From: Octopus bimaculoides
Taxonomy: Eukaryota
Length of the DNA stretch: 64,000 nt
NCBI RefSeq assembly: GCF_001194135.2
Contig: NC_068990.1
Coordinates: 61,378,231 to 61,442,230 of the forward strand
Reading direction: 5' to 3'
The translations under genes and the position numbers were made by a program. The notes beneath the pieces are model-generated. The model saw nothing but the letters and a program-made list of their open reading frames with translations, did not search any database and was not told where the DNA came from. Positions 37,338 through 51,681 of this stretch are shown in pieces. How positions within the stretch are numbered: the stretch's first letter is position 1; each line of letters opens with the position of its first letter.

Positions 37338-37558
37338 CTCTTTGACATTCAGATTACTCTATCAAATGTAATGTTTATATATTCATATTGTTTTGAATTA
37401 ATCATGTATTATCTCAGAGCTTCAGGATTTCGATGATGTTATTGTTTATTTTTATAATGACATTGTAGGGAAGGTGTGAGAGACCTGATCTGGCCTTTTT
37501 GAATATAAAACAGGTAGAATATTTTGGCTGGATATCGCCAGTTTAAATGTTAAAGGGG
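37338..37558. mobile_element. piggyBac-type MITE with TTAA TSD
   Basis: TTAA|CTCTTTGACATTC ... AATGTTAAAGGGG|TTAA. Confidence 0.85.
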
Positions 37559-38521
37559 TTAAACCCTTTAGAAATTACTCTTATCCACTGGGTTACTGAT
37601 ATATCATCATTATAATCTTTAATTTTGAAATAAAAGGCTTCTGATTTGAATTCTGTCCCTTGTTATATGCATATAAAAAAATAGGACATCTGATGACTAT
37701 TGGAGGCATCACTGATCAAAGTATAGGATAAAGACCTCCTTCGGTCAAGAATGACTATAGGATTTCACCTTGAAAGTTCCCCTCCAAACAATGATACAGC
37801 TTGGCACCAGTGATGTTGCAACTCATTTCTACAGATGAGTGAACTAGAACAACATGAAATAAACACAACACACAGCCTGGTCTGGGAATCGAACTCACTA
37901 CTTCATGACTGTGAACCCGATGCTCTGACCACTGAGCCATGTGCCTTCACATAATCAAAGTACTGCACTGCTGTAAATATTAATTAAAATGTTTAAACTC
38001 TTTAAAGATGAAGTTAATACTTTGAAAATAATTATCTTATTAAATTCTTATATAGGAAGTGAGGCTAGAAAAATTGGGAGTAGTGGAGACAGTCAATTAT
38101 ATCAACCCCAGTATTTAACTGGTATTCTATCAACCCTGGAAAGATGAATGGCAAAGTTGACGTTGGTATGGATTTGCACTCCGAATGTAGAAAACTGAAA
38201 GAAAAAGTAAGTGCATGTATTCTGTGGTATGTGAGACAAATATTTAATATTTAAATGAGGTTATGGGATGTCTCGGAATACCTGCTTTATTAGTTGTATT
38301 ATTTAGATTTGATCAGTGTGTTTGGACATGGATAAAAATTTTGTATGCACTTGCTGTGTCATTTTGAAGGAAAGTGGGGAAAGTGAATTACATTTACCCC
38401 AGTGCCCAACTGGTACTGATTTTATCAACCCCAAAAGGATGAAAGGTAAAAATCAACCTTGGCAGCATTTAAGCTCAGAACATAAATAGCTGGCAGAAAT
38501 GTTAAGTATTTTGTCCATTCG

Positions 38522-38566
<45 letters not shown>

Positions 38567-38891
38567 CATTTATCGTCTTCATCATCATTTAACGTCCATT
38601 TTCCATGCTGGCATGGGTTGAATGGCTTGACAGGAACTGGTAAGGCCAAGGGTTGCACCAGGTTCCATAGGCTGTTTTGGCTTGGTTTCTACAGCTGGAT
38701 TCATTTCCTAATGCCATCCACTTTACAAAGTGTGCTGGGGGATTTTTTTAGGTGGTACCGAAGCTTTTTGTATAGGGCACCAGCACCCACACCATGTAGC
38801 ACCTGCCAGCTCTTAGAACATGAGACATATTTTCTATGGAAAAAAATAAATTTTAAAATCTTATGAATGAAAAGTTAGAAAATTGTATAAA

Positions 38892-38935
<44 letters not shown>

Positions 38936-38945
38936 NNNNNNNNNN

Positions 38946-38978
<33 letters not shown>

Positions 38979-39161
38979 TTAATAATAATAATGGTCACAT
39001 AATAATAATGATGACAACAACAACAACAACAACAACAATAATAATGTCATTGTTTAATCCAAGTCAGTTCTGATTGATTAGATATTCTACTTAAACAAAA
39101 AAAACCTTCAGCCTGATTTCAAGAATATATTGTCTAAAACAAATCCTTTCTTTGTTTAGAA

Positions 39162-39359
39162 CAGCAGTTGTCGATCAAGGCTCTCAGGGCTGCATGCATC
39201 CTTCATGCATTTTTCTGACAGCCCCCAATGGTTTTCCCTTTATAAATATAATAAATTTATATTTAATTGACTTGCGCTTTACTTTTTATGGCACGGGTCC
39301 CCTAAAACAGATCCTGGCTTTGGAACTACCCTGGATATTAAAAATATTGAGAACCACTG
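39162..39359. mobile_element. hAT/Charlie MITE with 8-bp TSD
   Basis: GTTTAGAA|CAGCAGTTGTCGA ... TTGAGAACCACTG|GTTTAGAG (TSD 7 of 8). Confidence 0.85.
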
Positions 39360-40021
39360 GTTTAGAGTGTTAGTTGAGAAATGAATTGCTGCTTTCTCAA
39401 GCAATTCAAGTGATTGCATAGAGATTCCGTTGTTGACCCACATTTATAAATGATTGGAATCTCTAGTTAACTTATGATTTTTAGAATTTAAGTTGAGCCA
39501 ATTTTGGTTGGTGCTAAAATGTGTAACTATTCTGAAAAGCTTATTTTCAAGTCTAGTGTTATCATTATCAATACTGAATGGAATAGGCTCCAATAAACTC
39601 TAAAAGATATAAGAAATACTTACCAAAGGAGACTACTGACTACTGTTTTGTAGAAACAAAAATAAAATTAAAAAATAGATTTAAAAAAATAAATCGATTA
39701 ATCAACTAATTATAATTTACATATAGAGTGGTTTGAAGAAAAGTTGTATGCAAATTAGTGTTCAATTATTTATTTATATTTTTACTAGTTCAAAGAGGTG
39801 ATTATATGAAACCTAAAACAAAAAATAAAATTAATAGTATAATATAGTAATAAGGAAAAAAAGAGAAAGAAAATATAATGAATTTTTTCACTAGGCATAA
39901 AGCCCCCTTTTTTGTTTGGACAGAAAAGATAATCACTTGCACTGGGATCAGTGTGTTGTTTCTGTTTAATTGCATTTGAAATGATTGGATGTAAAAGTTT
40001 ACTTTAATGGCATTTGAACAT

Positions 40022-40068
<47 letters not shown>

Positions 40069-40191
40069 CACATACACACACTCACATACACACACACATA
40101 CATACACATAAGCACACACACATACACACAAACTCTCACACACACTCACACACATGCTCTCTCATACACACAAACTCACATACACACACAT

Positions 40192-40229
<38 letters not shown>

Positions 40230-40637
40230 GCTCGCACAAATACACACAGACACACACACAGGCTCACACAGACGCACACAGACACACAGACACACACAGC
40301 ACACAGAACACATACATACACACACACAGCCTAGATACTGTGTCACAGTGGCTCCCAAACTTTTTCCCATCAACTTATATATTTAAACCCTTCACTCCCT
40401 ATGCAGCATAGGCCATCAGCAATTCTTTTCTGCTGTTCTGAACTATGGGCTATCTTCTCTGCTTCTCTCCAGTTGGATCCCTACTTCTTTAGCTCTGTTT
40501 CAGTCAATATTCTGCCTCCAGCTATTTTGAAGGTACTCTACCCTCTCTTCTGGGTTCTAAGTCAGAACCTGACAAATAATGCAGGATGTTGATTTCCTTT
40601 TGGACTTCATTGAACCACATCATATATATCCCTAAGG

Positions 40638-41318
40638 CAAGGGTTGATAAACTAGGGTAAATTACCCCAAGTGGGGTAAAAATGGGGTAACGAGGACTCA
40701 TTAAACATAGGTAAAATTATATAAAATTATATAAAAATCATGTTCTTTGTTATAGCAGAAATTTTTCTTCTGGCAACACTGCATCTGTCTAATGTAATGG
40801 ACATGTTTGGGAGTCATCACCCCAGTTTGAACTACAAACAATTTGGTTGCTAAGGCGTTGTGTAACGACTAAACATTATTTGTCAGTTGTCTATTACCTG
40901 CCTTAACCTTATTTTTTGACACACGCATTTTTGCTTTTTTAAGTAGATTTAAGTAGTTATTCAGTTCAACTCTTTAATGAAATTGACTGGACCCTGAAGA
41001 CTGTATCTAAATTGCTCTGGCATCAAAATGCTCTAATTTTGATGTAATTGTAACCAAAATGAAACTATCATTTCTCCAAAACCTGAAGTGAAAAAGTTTC
41101 TAGAAAAATTCTTTTGTTTCATAATGAGGATATTAATTTTTTTGTCGTGTTTGTTCTATACTTTTTATATTTATAATTGTATTCTCCATATAAACAGATG
41201 CAATGAGCCTTTTGAATTCAAAGAATCTATGAATTTCTCCCTTTTGAATCAAGGGGGTAATGTCGGTGTAAATAAATATATTTTAGAGTAATTGGTTAAA
41301 AAAGTTCCTTGACCCTTG
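40638..41318 (+). mobile_element. hAT (Buster/Charlie-like) internal-deletion derivative
   Basis: TSD CCCTAAGG/CCCTAAGT; TIRs CAAGGGTTGATAAAC / GTTCCTTGACCCTTG; interior LDPEDCI*IALASKCSNFDVIVTKMK resembles the Buster transposase C-terminus. Confidence 0.8.
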
Positions 41319-42250
41319 CCCTAAGTGAAAGCCCTCCCCTCCCAGGTCTTGTTGGTTTTAAATTATCTTTGATGTTTCTTGAAACTTAGCTTTTTTTTTC
41401 TAGGTAGGGGTGCTGACCCTACACAAACCATTTTTATTTCTTGGAAATGGTGGCCCATATAAGTCTGGCCTTTGTCCTTTAGCCTGTCCAATACAAGAGA
41501 CCTTATCAAGAACATGTGTTCCATTAGCATAACAAGTAGGATTATTGAGGCATGTAAGCCACTAAATCATTATATGACTGGAAAAAAACCCACCAGACCA
41601 TGTGGTCCATCATACAGTGGGACTGAACCTGGAACTATGTGGTTGGGAAGCGATCTTCTCAACCCACAACCACACCTACATTTGTATCATATCCATTCTG
41701 AAAAAACATTATTCGTTAAAGTACAGGTTACAGATTTGGGGTTAACGCCAGCAGTTTTGGTATAAGGGTAAGTTGATTACATCAACCCCAGTAATCAACT
41801 GGTACTTATTTTATTAATCCTGATAGGATGAAAGGCAGAAGTCGACCCTGGTGGCATTTAAGCTCAGAGTGTAAAGATGGATAAAATGCCTCTAAGCATT
41901 TTGCCTGGCATGCTAATGATTCTGCTAGCTCACTGCCATATTATCAGCTGAAATGTTATTAGTTATTGTTCTGTTGAGAGTTAAGATATAATGGGAATAC
42001 TGATTTGCCATATAATTGTAGAACACCTTTTTCTTTTTCAGTTGCCCAAGCATCCTGACAGGAAAAATAACAAAACAAAACAAAAAAAAAAACTGAGTTT
42101 TCTCTGTTACCATGTGTCAGATGTTGGAGACCCATGACAAGGGTGAGATACTATTCAATATATACCAGCATGTTATGATGCTTGTATTAAAATTGATCTT
42201 GTATTTTTACTTGCGCAAGTCATTGAGCACTTCACACACATAGTCTTGTT

Positions 42251-42630
42251 TTACTCTTTACTCTTTTACTTGTTTCAGTCATTTGACTGCGGCCATGCTG
42301 GAGCAGCACCACCTTTAGTCGGGCAAATCGACCCCAGGACTTATTGTTTGTAAGCCTAGTACTTATTCTATCGGTTTCTTATGCCAAACTGCTAAGTTAC
42401 GGGGACATAAACACCCCAGCATCGGTTGTCAAGCGATGTTGGGGGGGGGGACAAACACAGACATACAAACATATACACACACATACATATATATATACAT
42501 ATATATGACAGGCTTCTTTCAGTTTCCGTCTACCAAATCCACTCACAAGGCCTTGGTTGGCCCAAGGCTATAGTAGAAGACACTTGCCCAAGGTGCCACG
42601 CAGTGGGACTGAACCCAGAACCATGTGGTT
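42251..42630 (-). mobile_element. OK-like SINE, head clipped
   Basis: High similarity to the reverse complement of 56482-56860, with a (AAAGAGT)n-type tail. Confidence 0.92.
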
Positions 42631-43074
42631 CGCATACACTTAAAATAGTTCTCAGGGAGATTACGCATAGCACGGAATATGACAAAGCTGACCCTTTGAA
42701 GTACTACTCACTTTTTGCCATCTGAGAGGACTGGAATAATATGAAATAAAGTGTCTTGCTGAAGGATACAACATACCACCAGCAATTGAACTCACAACCT
42801 TATGATCATGAAGTGAATATCTAACCACTATGTGACATGCCTACACCACAAGAAGAAGCATTGATGTAACCAATGGATGAGCTGTTAAGGGGCTGTGCAA
42901 CACATTCAGAATGATAACCAGCATTCTTGTCATCATTGCCTGAGAGGACCCTAAATTGGCTTAAGAACTCTATAATGTTTGTTTGCAACCCAAACATGTT
43001 ATATTTCAAAGTGTTCAGGGGACATACTAAACATTATGTAGTGATCACAGCATATCATATTTACCCTCTTTTAT

Positions 43075-43273
43075 TCTTTAGCATTTAAACCGGGCATATC
43101 CATCCAAAATATTCTACCAGTTTTATGTTCAAGCTGACCAGACCCAGGATCTCTTGGGAAAATTAACAATCACAACATCGAAGTCTTGAAGCCACAAGAT
43201 AATGTATGTTTAATTCAGAACTATGTGAATAACTAAGCATTACATTTGATAGATTAATCTGAATGCTAAAGGG
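43075..43273. mobile_element. piggyBac-type MITE
   Basis: TCTTTAGCATTTAAACC ... GAATGCTAAAGGG|TTAA. Confidence 0.8.
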
Positions 43274-43289
43274 TTAAAGCTGGAGATTA

Positions 43290-43348
43290 ACTAAAGAAAG
43301 AAAGAAAGAAAGAAAGGAAGAAAGAAAGATAAAAGAAAGAAAGAATGT

Positions 43349-43380
<32 letters not shown>

Positions 43381-43385
43381 GAAAT
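43290..43385. repeat. (AAAG)n microsatellite
   Basis: Direct; the complementary (TTTC)n lies at 45985-46090. Confidence 0.95.
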
Positions 43386-44922
43386 CCAAAATTTAATTCA
43401 ATACTAAAAAAATGATTTCTCCCTAGAAAGTTGTTTACCAGAAGTTTCTGAAGCAGTCAACAGCCTCAACCTTTATTAGGTTTAGTATTACTTGCAGTTC
43501 AGTTGCCATTTATAAAATATGTGTCACAATGTTAATTTCAGATATATGATGTGAATATGAGTTCAAAATAGAAATCTTTATAGCAACAGAAACAAACAAT
43601 AGAATTCACTGGTATTTATTTATTATAGACAATAACGGTGCAAAATTATTTGAAATTGTTCGTATCAGACAGTGCTCCATGAAAGGACATAACTAACTGC
43701 TTTCCTGGGAAATGTACTGGAACTTCCAGGATGGTTACTAGTGAGATCCTTAATGAATATTGAATCCAAAGCACCCCCCCCCCCCAAAAAAAAAGTACCC
43801 CAAAGATTTTCAAATTGATTTTTAACCATTCTGATGATAAATAGTTTCATTTTAATTAAGGATTAAATTGGATTGTCATTACTGTTGATGTTCTGATCTC
43901 TAAGCAGATCCATTGGTTCTGATTGGTTAATTAAGATTTTCAATAAATGTAAATCCACCCAATAATATTGTGAGAATTATCTGTGACCTAAAAGGAATAA
44001 ATATACCAGTAATTGCATTGTGGTTGCATTTGACAAACCACACAATTTCTGTTACTTGTCTTTTCTGAGCTATGTAATTAAAAAAGTATATTGATTCTTC
44101 TGAAAAGATAATTACCTGTTTGTCATAGATTTTTCTTTTCTTTTTTACATAATATATATATATATTATATATTTTTTGGTGTTGATTTAAATGTGTTATC
44201 CAAGTTAGATCAAGACCTTGCATTTCTATCTGTAAACAATGTATTATTAACAATGATTGGAGATCTTCAACCAAAGCCCAAAATGAAGTCATACAATAAT
44301 CAATAATCCAGTCCTCTTTAAGCATCACTTTCTACCCTTGGGCTATTGATTGGTAAACAATCTCATTTTTATACATCTTTAAATCAATACTGCTTCAACT
44401 AGTGCTTGTCTGTGCTACTCTACTTACTGTTTCTACATCACATCCTGCTTATGTTCAAACCATTCTTTACACGGCTTACAAGACTCACTCCTTTTCGTTC
44501 AAGTATGACATTAATTTTGATTATGTCTCAGACATTTTCAGGATAATATTTTTTAAACTGAAATCTCCTTCCAAAAGTTGAAATGTTGGCATTTGTAGAT
44601 GTTTACACTTCAAGTAGACCTCTAAAGTACTCAATTATATGCAATGAATGGGTGTCTCCTTCCAAGGTGATACAAATGTACAAAATAGGAAATTTGACTA
44701 ACTACAATGAGTGAAGATGAATTAATGTCCAATACCATTCTTCTTCCCTCTAGCATATTCTATTGCTACCCTGATCCTAATTATCAGCATTATCTCATTT
44801 CCCAAACCACTAATTGCTTAAAGTTCTATTCGGCCAATCAAGAAATATATTTTCAAGGAAATAAAATTTCTTGAGAGATTTTAATAAATTAGTCATAATT
44901 TCTGTCAATACGGAAGCTTGTT

Positions 44923-44954
44923 CAGCTGTCATCAGTACAAACTGATGACAGCTG
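44923..44954. repeat. Perfect 14-bp hairpin, 4-nt loop
   Basis: CAGCTGTCATCAGT-acaa-ACTGATGACAGCTG. Confidence 0.95.
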
Positions 44955-46011
44955 TTGAGACCTCAGATCTTCTTGGACTCTGCACTACTGATTTCCTTTG
45001 CAAAATCAGGATAACTGTGAACCATCTGAGATATGACCCCTGTGAGGTGGGGTGGCTGCTATAGTTAGTGTCACTGGCCATTCTCCATGGTAACGCCTTT
45101 GCAATCATGTCTACGAGGTGCAGCTAAACATGCCATTTGTTCTAGGGTGTACAACCCAATACTCCATCTCCCTTCCATCTTCTGCCGTTGAATCCCCACC
45201 CCTTTTTCTTTCTTTTTTCATTGTTTCTTTGATGAGGTAGTTATGTTTTCCAGCCTCAATAATTTGATCGTTTAATGTTTTTTTCTTTTTTTTCCTTGTA
45301 AAAATATGTTTTTTATAAAAACAAAGTCATCCAAAAAAAAAAAAAAAAATTACCTTGCTATCTCTGTATCAGTGCTTTCAAATTATTTAATATAACTAAA
45401 TGGTAATTAACAGTCTTGAAGTACAAATATCACATTGCTTCTTAACTTTGAGTACCTTTTGTTTTTAAATATCTAAATTTCAAGTTGATATTTAATACTT
45501 TCCTATTATTGTGGAATATAGTTAATATCTTCTGCATTATTATACGAATAATCTCTGTATCTTATACAAACTAATTTATGTGATCTTTCAGCACAAACTT
45601 TACATGGAATACATTGCATAATTCTTTACTATCATTATATAACTAACTCACAGTCTGTAATATTTATACCTGCGGCTTAATGAACTTCCAGAAACTGTAG
45701 GTAGCTATAGTCAAGGTTATTCCTGTCATAACCCTCAATTTCCATATAATATATTAGTCAAGAGTTTGTCTTTCTTTTATTTGACTATTGAACTACCAGA
45801 GGAGATATACAAGTGATAATGCAAATCTATAATTCATTAGACTAATTAGAAGCCTATAATACTATTCAAAATTGATTAGGCCTACGAGTAATATATGTTC
45901 CTCCAAGCAAAATTCGATAAAGTGGGAGTATTGCTGTATTGCTCTACTGTATCTGACTACTCTTGCAATAATTACTAGTTTTCTTTTTTTCTTTCTTTTT
46001 TCTTTTTTTTT

Positions 46012-46051
<40 letters not shown>

Positions 46052-46053
46052 TG

Positions 46054-46085
<32 letters not shown>

Positions 46086-46589
46086 TTTTGCTGATTTTGA
46101 TTTTAATAAATTACATGGCATTTTTTTAATGATTAAAAAGGGAAGCGATCTTCTCAGGAATATTACTATTTTCAGTAAAGTGACAAGCTGGCAGAAACAT
46201 TAGTACACCAGGTGAAATACTTAGTGGCATTTCATGTCTTGATGTTCTGAGTTCAAATTCCACCAAAGTAACCTTTGCATTTCATCCTTTCAGGATGAGT
46301 ACCGGGGTCAATGTAATTGACTTCATAATTGCTGGAAGGAAAGAAGGCCAAATACTGAGAAATAATAATTTGTTAAAAGTTTATCATTTTGAAAATTTTA
46401 AAAAGATTCAGGTATTTTCAGGTTGATAGTATTTTTCTTAGGGTGTGAACTATACCCATGAAAACAATTTTTTGTTCTTCTTTTACTTTTGGATTTCATG
46501 TGTTTGCTAACTTCTCTGTTCCAAAACCTGAGCATTTTGTACTTTTCAAGTCAGTATAATGCTTTACTTTTTCTTTTTCCTTTCCTTTA

Positions 46590-47740
46590 CTTTGGAGTCA
46601 CATAGATGTGCCACATTGATTACTATAGTGTCTGGTCTGTTGTGTTCTATTCTTCTTTCAGCATGTATGGAAAAGTTTCATAACTTCACTTCATCGTTTT
46701 CAAGGAGTTACATTTCTATTCCCATAAAACCAAATTTCTTGCAAAAATTCCAATCAATTTTTGCAGCAGTCTAATAACATCTTTAAAATATCTGATAAAA
46801 TATGAGCTATAGTTTCATCGGAATCATTGCACAATATATATTTGGATGAACAATCTTACTGATCTATCACTCACTTGATCCTTTAAGGCCTGTACCTGTG
46901 CTGCTAAAATCATTCCTTTGATGACTTTCTTCAATATTCTTTTCTTTAGCCATAGTCAGCTGTCCTTGTCATCCCTTATCTTGTGATTTTGAAAAACACT
47001 GAATGGAACTTCTAATCTTCAAAGTTTAATTCATGTCTGGTAAATTCACCATCATTAATTCACCATGGGGAAAAAAGTTCAGTGTACAAATTTTTTTACA
47101 CAATTTTTCTCTTGATTTATATATTTTCTCGGTAAACTTTCCTCATGGTGAATTGATGGCAGTGAACTTACTTGTAATTGGTTTAATTTTCACTTTGTTG
47201 CATTTTCTTGTTTCCTCTTTTTTTTTTTTTTTTTGAGATTTACGCATTTTATAAATAGCTCTCAATTTACTCACTAAGGAGCACTGCTTCTTTTTCTTCT
47301 AGATAGTGACCTTGGCTTGTCTTCTCTAGTTCTACTATCTTTTAAACACTCATTAACCCTCTTCTGCTTTTTCTCGTTTCCAGTCAAACCAGTCCACACA
47401 TGCTGCTTGCTTCCTTACTTTCTTGCTAATACTATTCAGTTCATACTTTTTTCATTCAATAATTCTTGTTTCAGATCTTATTAGAGATACTGCCCTCAAA
47501 TTGATTCTTGCATGATGTTTCCCACATTCAATTCAGGTTTTAAAATCTTCATTCAGTGAAAATATTCTTTATTGAGGACTTCTTCCATTTCTATACTTTT
47601 AATTTAGTCACTTTTCAGTATTCTCAGATAATTAAGTATTTCTCCTGCTTAATGAATTTATATTCTCATCATTTAGTTGATGTGCTCAATCAATTACATT
47701 TTATGAATTTTTTCTAGCACATTTCTTGATTCCAAAAGTC
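46590..47740 (-). mobile_element. R4/Dong-like RLE LINE, long decayed fragment (RT thumb to RLE)
   Basis: Minus: MTFGIKKCA...MEEVLNKEYF...LNVGNI...AVSLIRS; LWLKKRILKKVIKGMILAAQVQAL; DETIAHIL; LLENDEVKL...RRIEHNRPDTIV. Confidence 0.75.
47039..47172. mobile_element. 134-bp MITE-like element inserted in the LINE
   Basis: GGTAAATTCACCATCATTAATTCACCATGGGGAAA versus the reverse complement of TTTCCTCATGGTGAATTGATGGCAGTGAACTTACT (~75%). Confidence 0.65.
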
Positions 47741-48101
47741 ATCACACTCACCATTATCATATCTGTTTAACATCCGCTTTCCATACTGGCATGGGTTGTA
47801 CAATTTTACAGGAGCTGGCCGGGCAGAAGACTATATCAAACTTCTGTGTATGTTTTGGTACAATTTTTATGGCTGGTTGCTCTTCCCAACACCAATCACC
47901 CAGTAGAGTGTCATTACTAAATATTCAAACAGTTTTTATTGTATTAGGTCAGAAAGAAAGTCCTGTTACATTTTTTGATGGTACTTTTTCAACACTTAGC
48001 ATTAAAATAAGCGTTAATTTTTTACATTCTCATGTTTTTCTTTTATTGTAGATTACTTTGTATCATAATGGTTAAATCTGAATCAGTTTTACTCTTTTAA
48101 A

Positions 48102-48936
48102 ATGAGTTAGGTCACACTCATATCAGACACTATAAACTGGATGAATTAAAGCAAAAGACACTTCAGTAGCAGAACTGGCAAAAGATATTCATTCTGTTTA
48201 TGAAATTGAAGCTCTAAGTATCTTGACATGCTAACAATAGTTTGGCCAGTTTTGCTTGGGAAATTTTTCTCTCATAGATTCCCTTTCATCTGGACGATGA
48301 AGTTCCATTAATATTGAGCCTCTGAAAGCAATAGTTGAGTAAAATCCAAAGCAAACTGCCTGGCAAATGGTAAGGCAATTCAATTCAAGTCATACTTCAA
48401 TCCTAAAACACCTTCCTGAACTAAGAAATGTGTTTAAATCTAGTCAGTAGATCCCTCAACATTTTATTGATTCTCTACTTAATCAAAGAGTTAACCTTTG
48501 TTCATCATTGAAGAGTAAACTTGCTATTGAAACTTTCCTGAGTAGAATCACCAGAAGTGATGAAAAATGAGTTCTCTATAGTAATATTCAAGGAAAAGGG
48601 CAATAGTTAGCACCTAATGAGAAAGAAAAATCCATCCTCAATTCAGGGCTATATCTGAAAATAGTTGTCTGCTGTTGGTGGAATAGGAAGGTGGGGTCTC
48701 TAATGTGAAAAAGTATTGTAGTCAATTGGAAGCACTGCACAAAAATTATCAAAGAAAGCACTCGTCTTTGGTTAGTCGTAAAAGGGTATTGTTCTTATAT
48801 GATAATACAAGACTGCATATTACCCAAGTCAATCAGGAAAAGATTATGGCATTAGTTATGGAAGTTTTATCTCATCCTCATTATTCTCCTGTTTTTACTC
48901 CAAGTGACAATCATCTTTTCCGATCATTGCAATGTT
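48102..48936 (+). pseudogene. Mariner (DD34D-type) transposase relic
   Basis: EPLKAIVE*NPKQT, FLSRITRSDEK*VLYSN (TGDEKW), VLFLYDNTRLH (HDNARPH), VLSHPHYSPVFTPSDNHLFRSLQ (YSPDLAPSD); many stops and frameshifts. Confidence 0.9.
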
Positions 48937-50618
48937 AATTAGAAAGGAAGTAATCATCATTGCTTAACATCCGCTTTCTATGCTGGCATGGGTTGGATTG
49001 TTTGGCATGGAGCTAGCTAGCAGGGAGCTGTCCAGATTCCAACTGTCTGTTGTGACATGGTTTCTACTGCTGGATGCCCTTCCTAATGTGAACCATTTAA
49101 TAGAGTATTCTGAGTGCTTTTACATTCCACCAGCATGGGTGCATTAACAGGTGCATTAACACAGGTGCATTAACACAGTACTGGAAACAGATTATTAATT
49201 TTGAAGAGGTTAAATATGCTTTTGAGTGTATCGTTGTTTTGCAACGTAAAGAATTTTATGCCCAAGAGATCAGCCATTTGCCAAGTAGATGCGATTATAT
49301 CAACAATAATGAGGGGAAATATTATCTTAATTAAATCTCCTTTGGGGACATGTTTTGGCACATTTCCACCATCATCTCTCTCACTATCACTCTCTTTGTC
49401 TTACTTTCCAATTCACTCTACTTTTTTTTCTAATTGGGGTATCCATGTATCTACTCTACAGCAAGACACCTATATCTGTCTCCTCTATACCTTAAACCTC
49501 TAAACTAGCACAAAGACACCCCCTCTCAATAATACTCCTCCCTCTCAGCTGAAGGATTTTTGTTTTGTAAGGTACTTAATGACCCTGTTGGTATTGGTGC
49601 TACTGGTTCTGGTGTGACATAAAAACTACTGATGCTGGTGCCACATAAAAAGCACTGGACCTGGTACCATATAAAAAGCACTGGACCTAATGTCACATAA
49701 AAAAAAAAACACCTGGTATGCTCTGTGAAGTGGTTGGCATCAGGAAGAATATCCAGCTGTAGAAACCATGCTAAAACAGAATATAGAACATGAGTGACCC
49801 TGGCCTAGCCAGTTTCTATTAAACTATCTGACTCACTCCAGTAAGGAAAATGAACGTTAAATGATGATGAATTAACACCAAAGAAGCATTTTTTTTTTTT
49901 TTCCCCAGCTTGAAATGTGACAGAACTTTTCTTTCCAACCTAATTGATTCAATATATAATAGATGGTCATTGGCTCTTTTGAAGTCACCTGCCCTTTCAC
50001 AGATTTGGTCTTCTCTCCTGCTGGGTGATCAAATATAGAATTTAAAAAAAAAAAAACCAATAATATCATCCTCCTCACTCTGTAAACTTGTCAGGGTTGC
50101 TGCTTTGGTCACTTACAGTTCGATTGCTTTGTTCCTTTCATTAATTCATCATTGTCCTCACTCCCCAGTGAGTTGATACCATTGCTCATCATTAAAATCA
50201 TTATTTTTAGAAAAATTGGTGAAGGTTTGAAGCCATAATTTTAAATGTAGAGACAATTATCATCATTATCATCATCATCATCATCACCACTAACACCACC
50301 ACCNNNNNNNNNNNNNNNNNNNNNNNNNNNNNNNNNNNNNNNNNNNNNNNNNNNNNNNNNNNNNNNNNNNNNNNNNNNNNNNNNNNNNNNNNNNNNNNNN
50401 NNNNNNNNNNNNNNNNNNNNNNNNNNNNNNNNNNNNNNNNNNNNNNNNNNNNNNNNNNNNNNNNNNNNNNNNNNNNNNNNNNNNNNNNNNNNNNNNNNNN
50501 NNNNNNNNNNNNNNNNNNNNNNNNNNNNNNNNNNNNNNNNNNNNNNNNNNNNNNNNNNNNNNNNNNNNNNNNNNNNNNNNNNNNNNNNNNNNNNNNNNNN
50601 NNNNNNNNNNNNNNNNNN

Positions 50619-51090
50619 TATGTGCACGACATGGTGATCTCATATCAAGATAAACAGCGCATGACCTTGCAAGTGGGACCCAGTTAGAATTTTCTTCAGG
50701 TCGAGTAGCCCATTCCGCTCAAAAGGTCCCTGAATAAGGTTTGTTTAAGGATGTTGAGCAAAACACCCATGTTTCCAAAGGTGAATTATTCAAACCCTGA
50801 AGAATTCCTCTCAACACATGGCTATGATGCTCCCCCACTACTTTGACTCATGATCAGAGATGCACATATCATCAGCCACCAAGGAACATGCTCAACTGGT
50901 TAAAGTCAAACACCTGACAAGCAAATTTGTGGTATTAAGCAGAATATNNNNNNNNNNGACAAGCAAATTTGTGGTATTAAGCAGAATATTTGCTGTAGCC
51001 CATCTTTTATACCAAGACAAAACAATGTACATGATAACACTTCCAATCATTTAAGATTAGAAGCCATAAGAGCCACTGTCTGGTACTGCA

Positions 51091-51091
<1 letters not shown>
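50619..51091 (-). mobile_element. ~550-bp TAA-associated retroposon (one end in gap)
   Basis: Homologous to the other three copies; abuts (TAT)n. Confidence 0.88.
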
Positions 51092-51144
<53 letters not shown>

Positions 51145-51147
51145 TAC

Positions 51148-51681
51148 TGAGTGAAAGAGCAGTGCATACTGTCAAAGTAACATTGGGGTAAAATATACAA
51201 TGCCCATTATACCCATCATGACTACCTGTCTGATAAGGTTATACTAAGCACATGCAACACATCCATATGTGTGTGACTTAGTGATCTTATGTCAAGATAA
51301 ACAGTGCATGATCTTGTAGTTGGGGTCCAGTTAGAATGTTCTTCATGTCAAGTAGCCCATGCCACCCAAAAGGGCCTGAATAAGGGTTTTTAAGGGATAT
51401 TGAATGAAAAGCCCCTTTTTTAGACTCCAAAGAATTCCTCTCAACACATGGCTATCATGCTCCCCCACTACATCTACCCATGATCAGTGATGCATATATT
51501 GTTAATCACTTAGGGACATGTTCAGCTTGTTAAGATCAAGCAACTGATAAGCAAATCTGTGGAATTGAGCAGAATATTTGCTGTAGCCCATCTTTTATAT
51601 CAAGACAAAATACATACATGACACTTCCAATCAGTTAAGATCAGAAACCATTAGAGCCATTGCCTGGTGCTGCATCAGGGC

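Noticed and set aside
43860-44330. 133-aa minus ORF, possibly an L1 endonuclease relic (ILLGGF ~ GDFN)
   Set aside because: Similarity too weak to call by eye; needs BLASTX/HMM.
49600-49715. CRISPR-like array of ~28-bp units
   Set aside because: Tandem units without unique spacers inside a Meta-SINE; eukaryotic context.
50917-50988. Apparent 31-bp duplication within the 550-bp element
   Set aside because: Straddles a 10-N gap and is absent from the other copies; assembly artefact.
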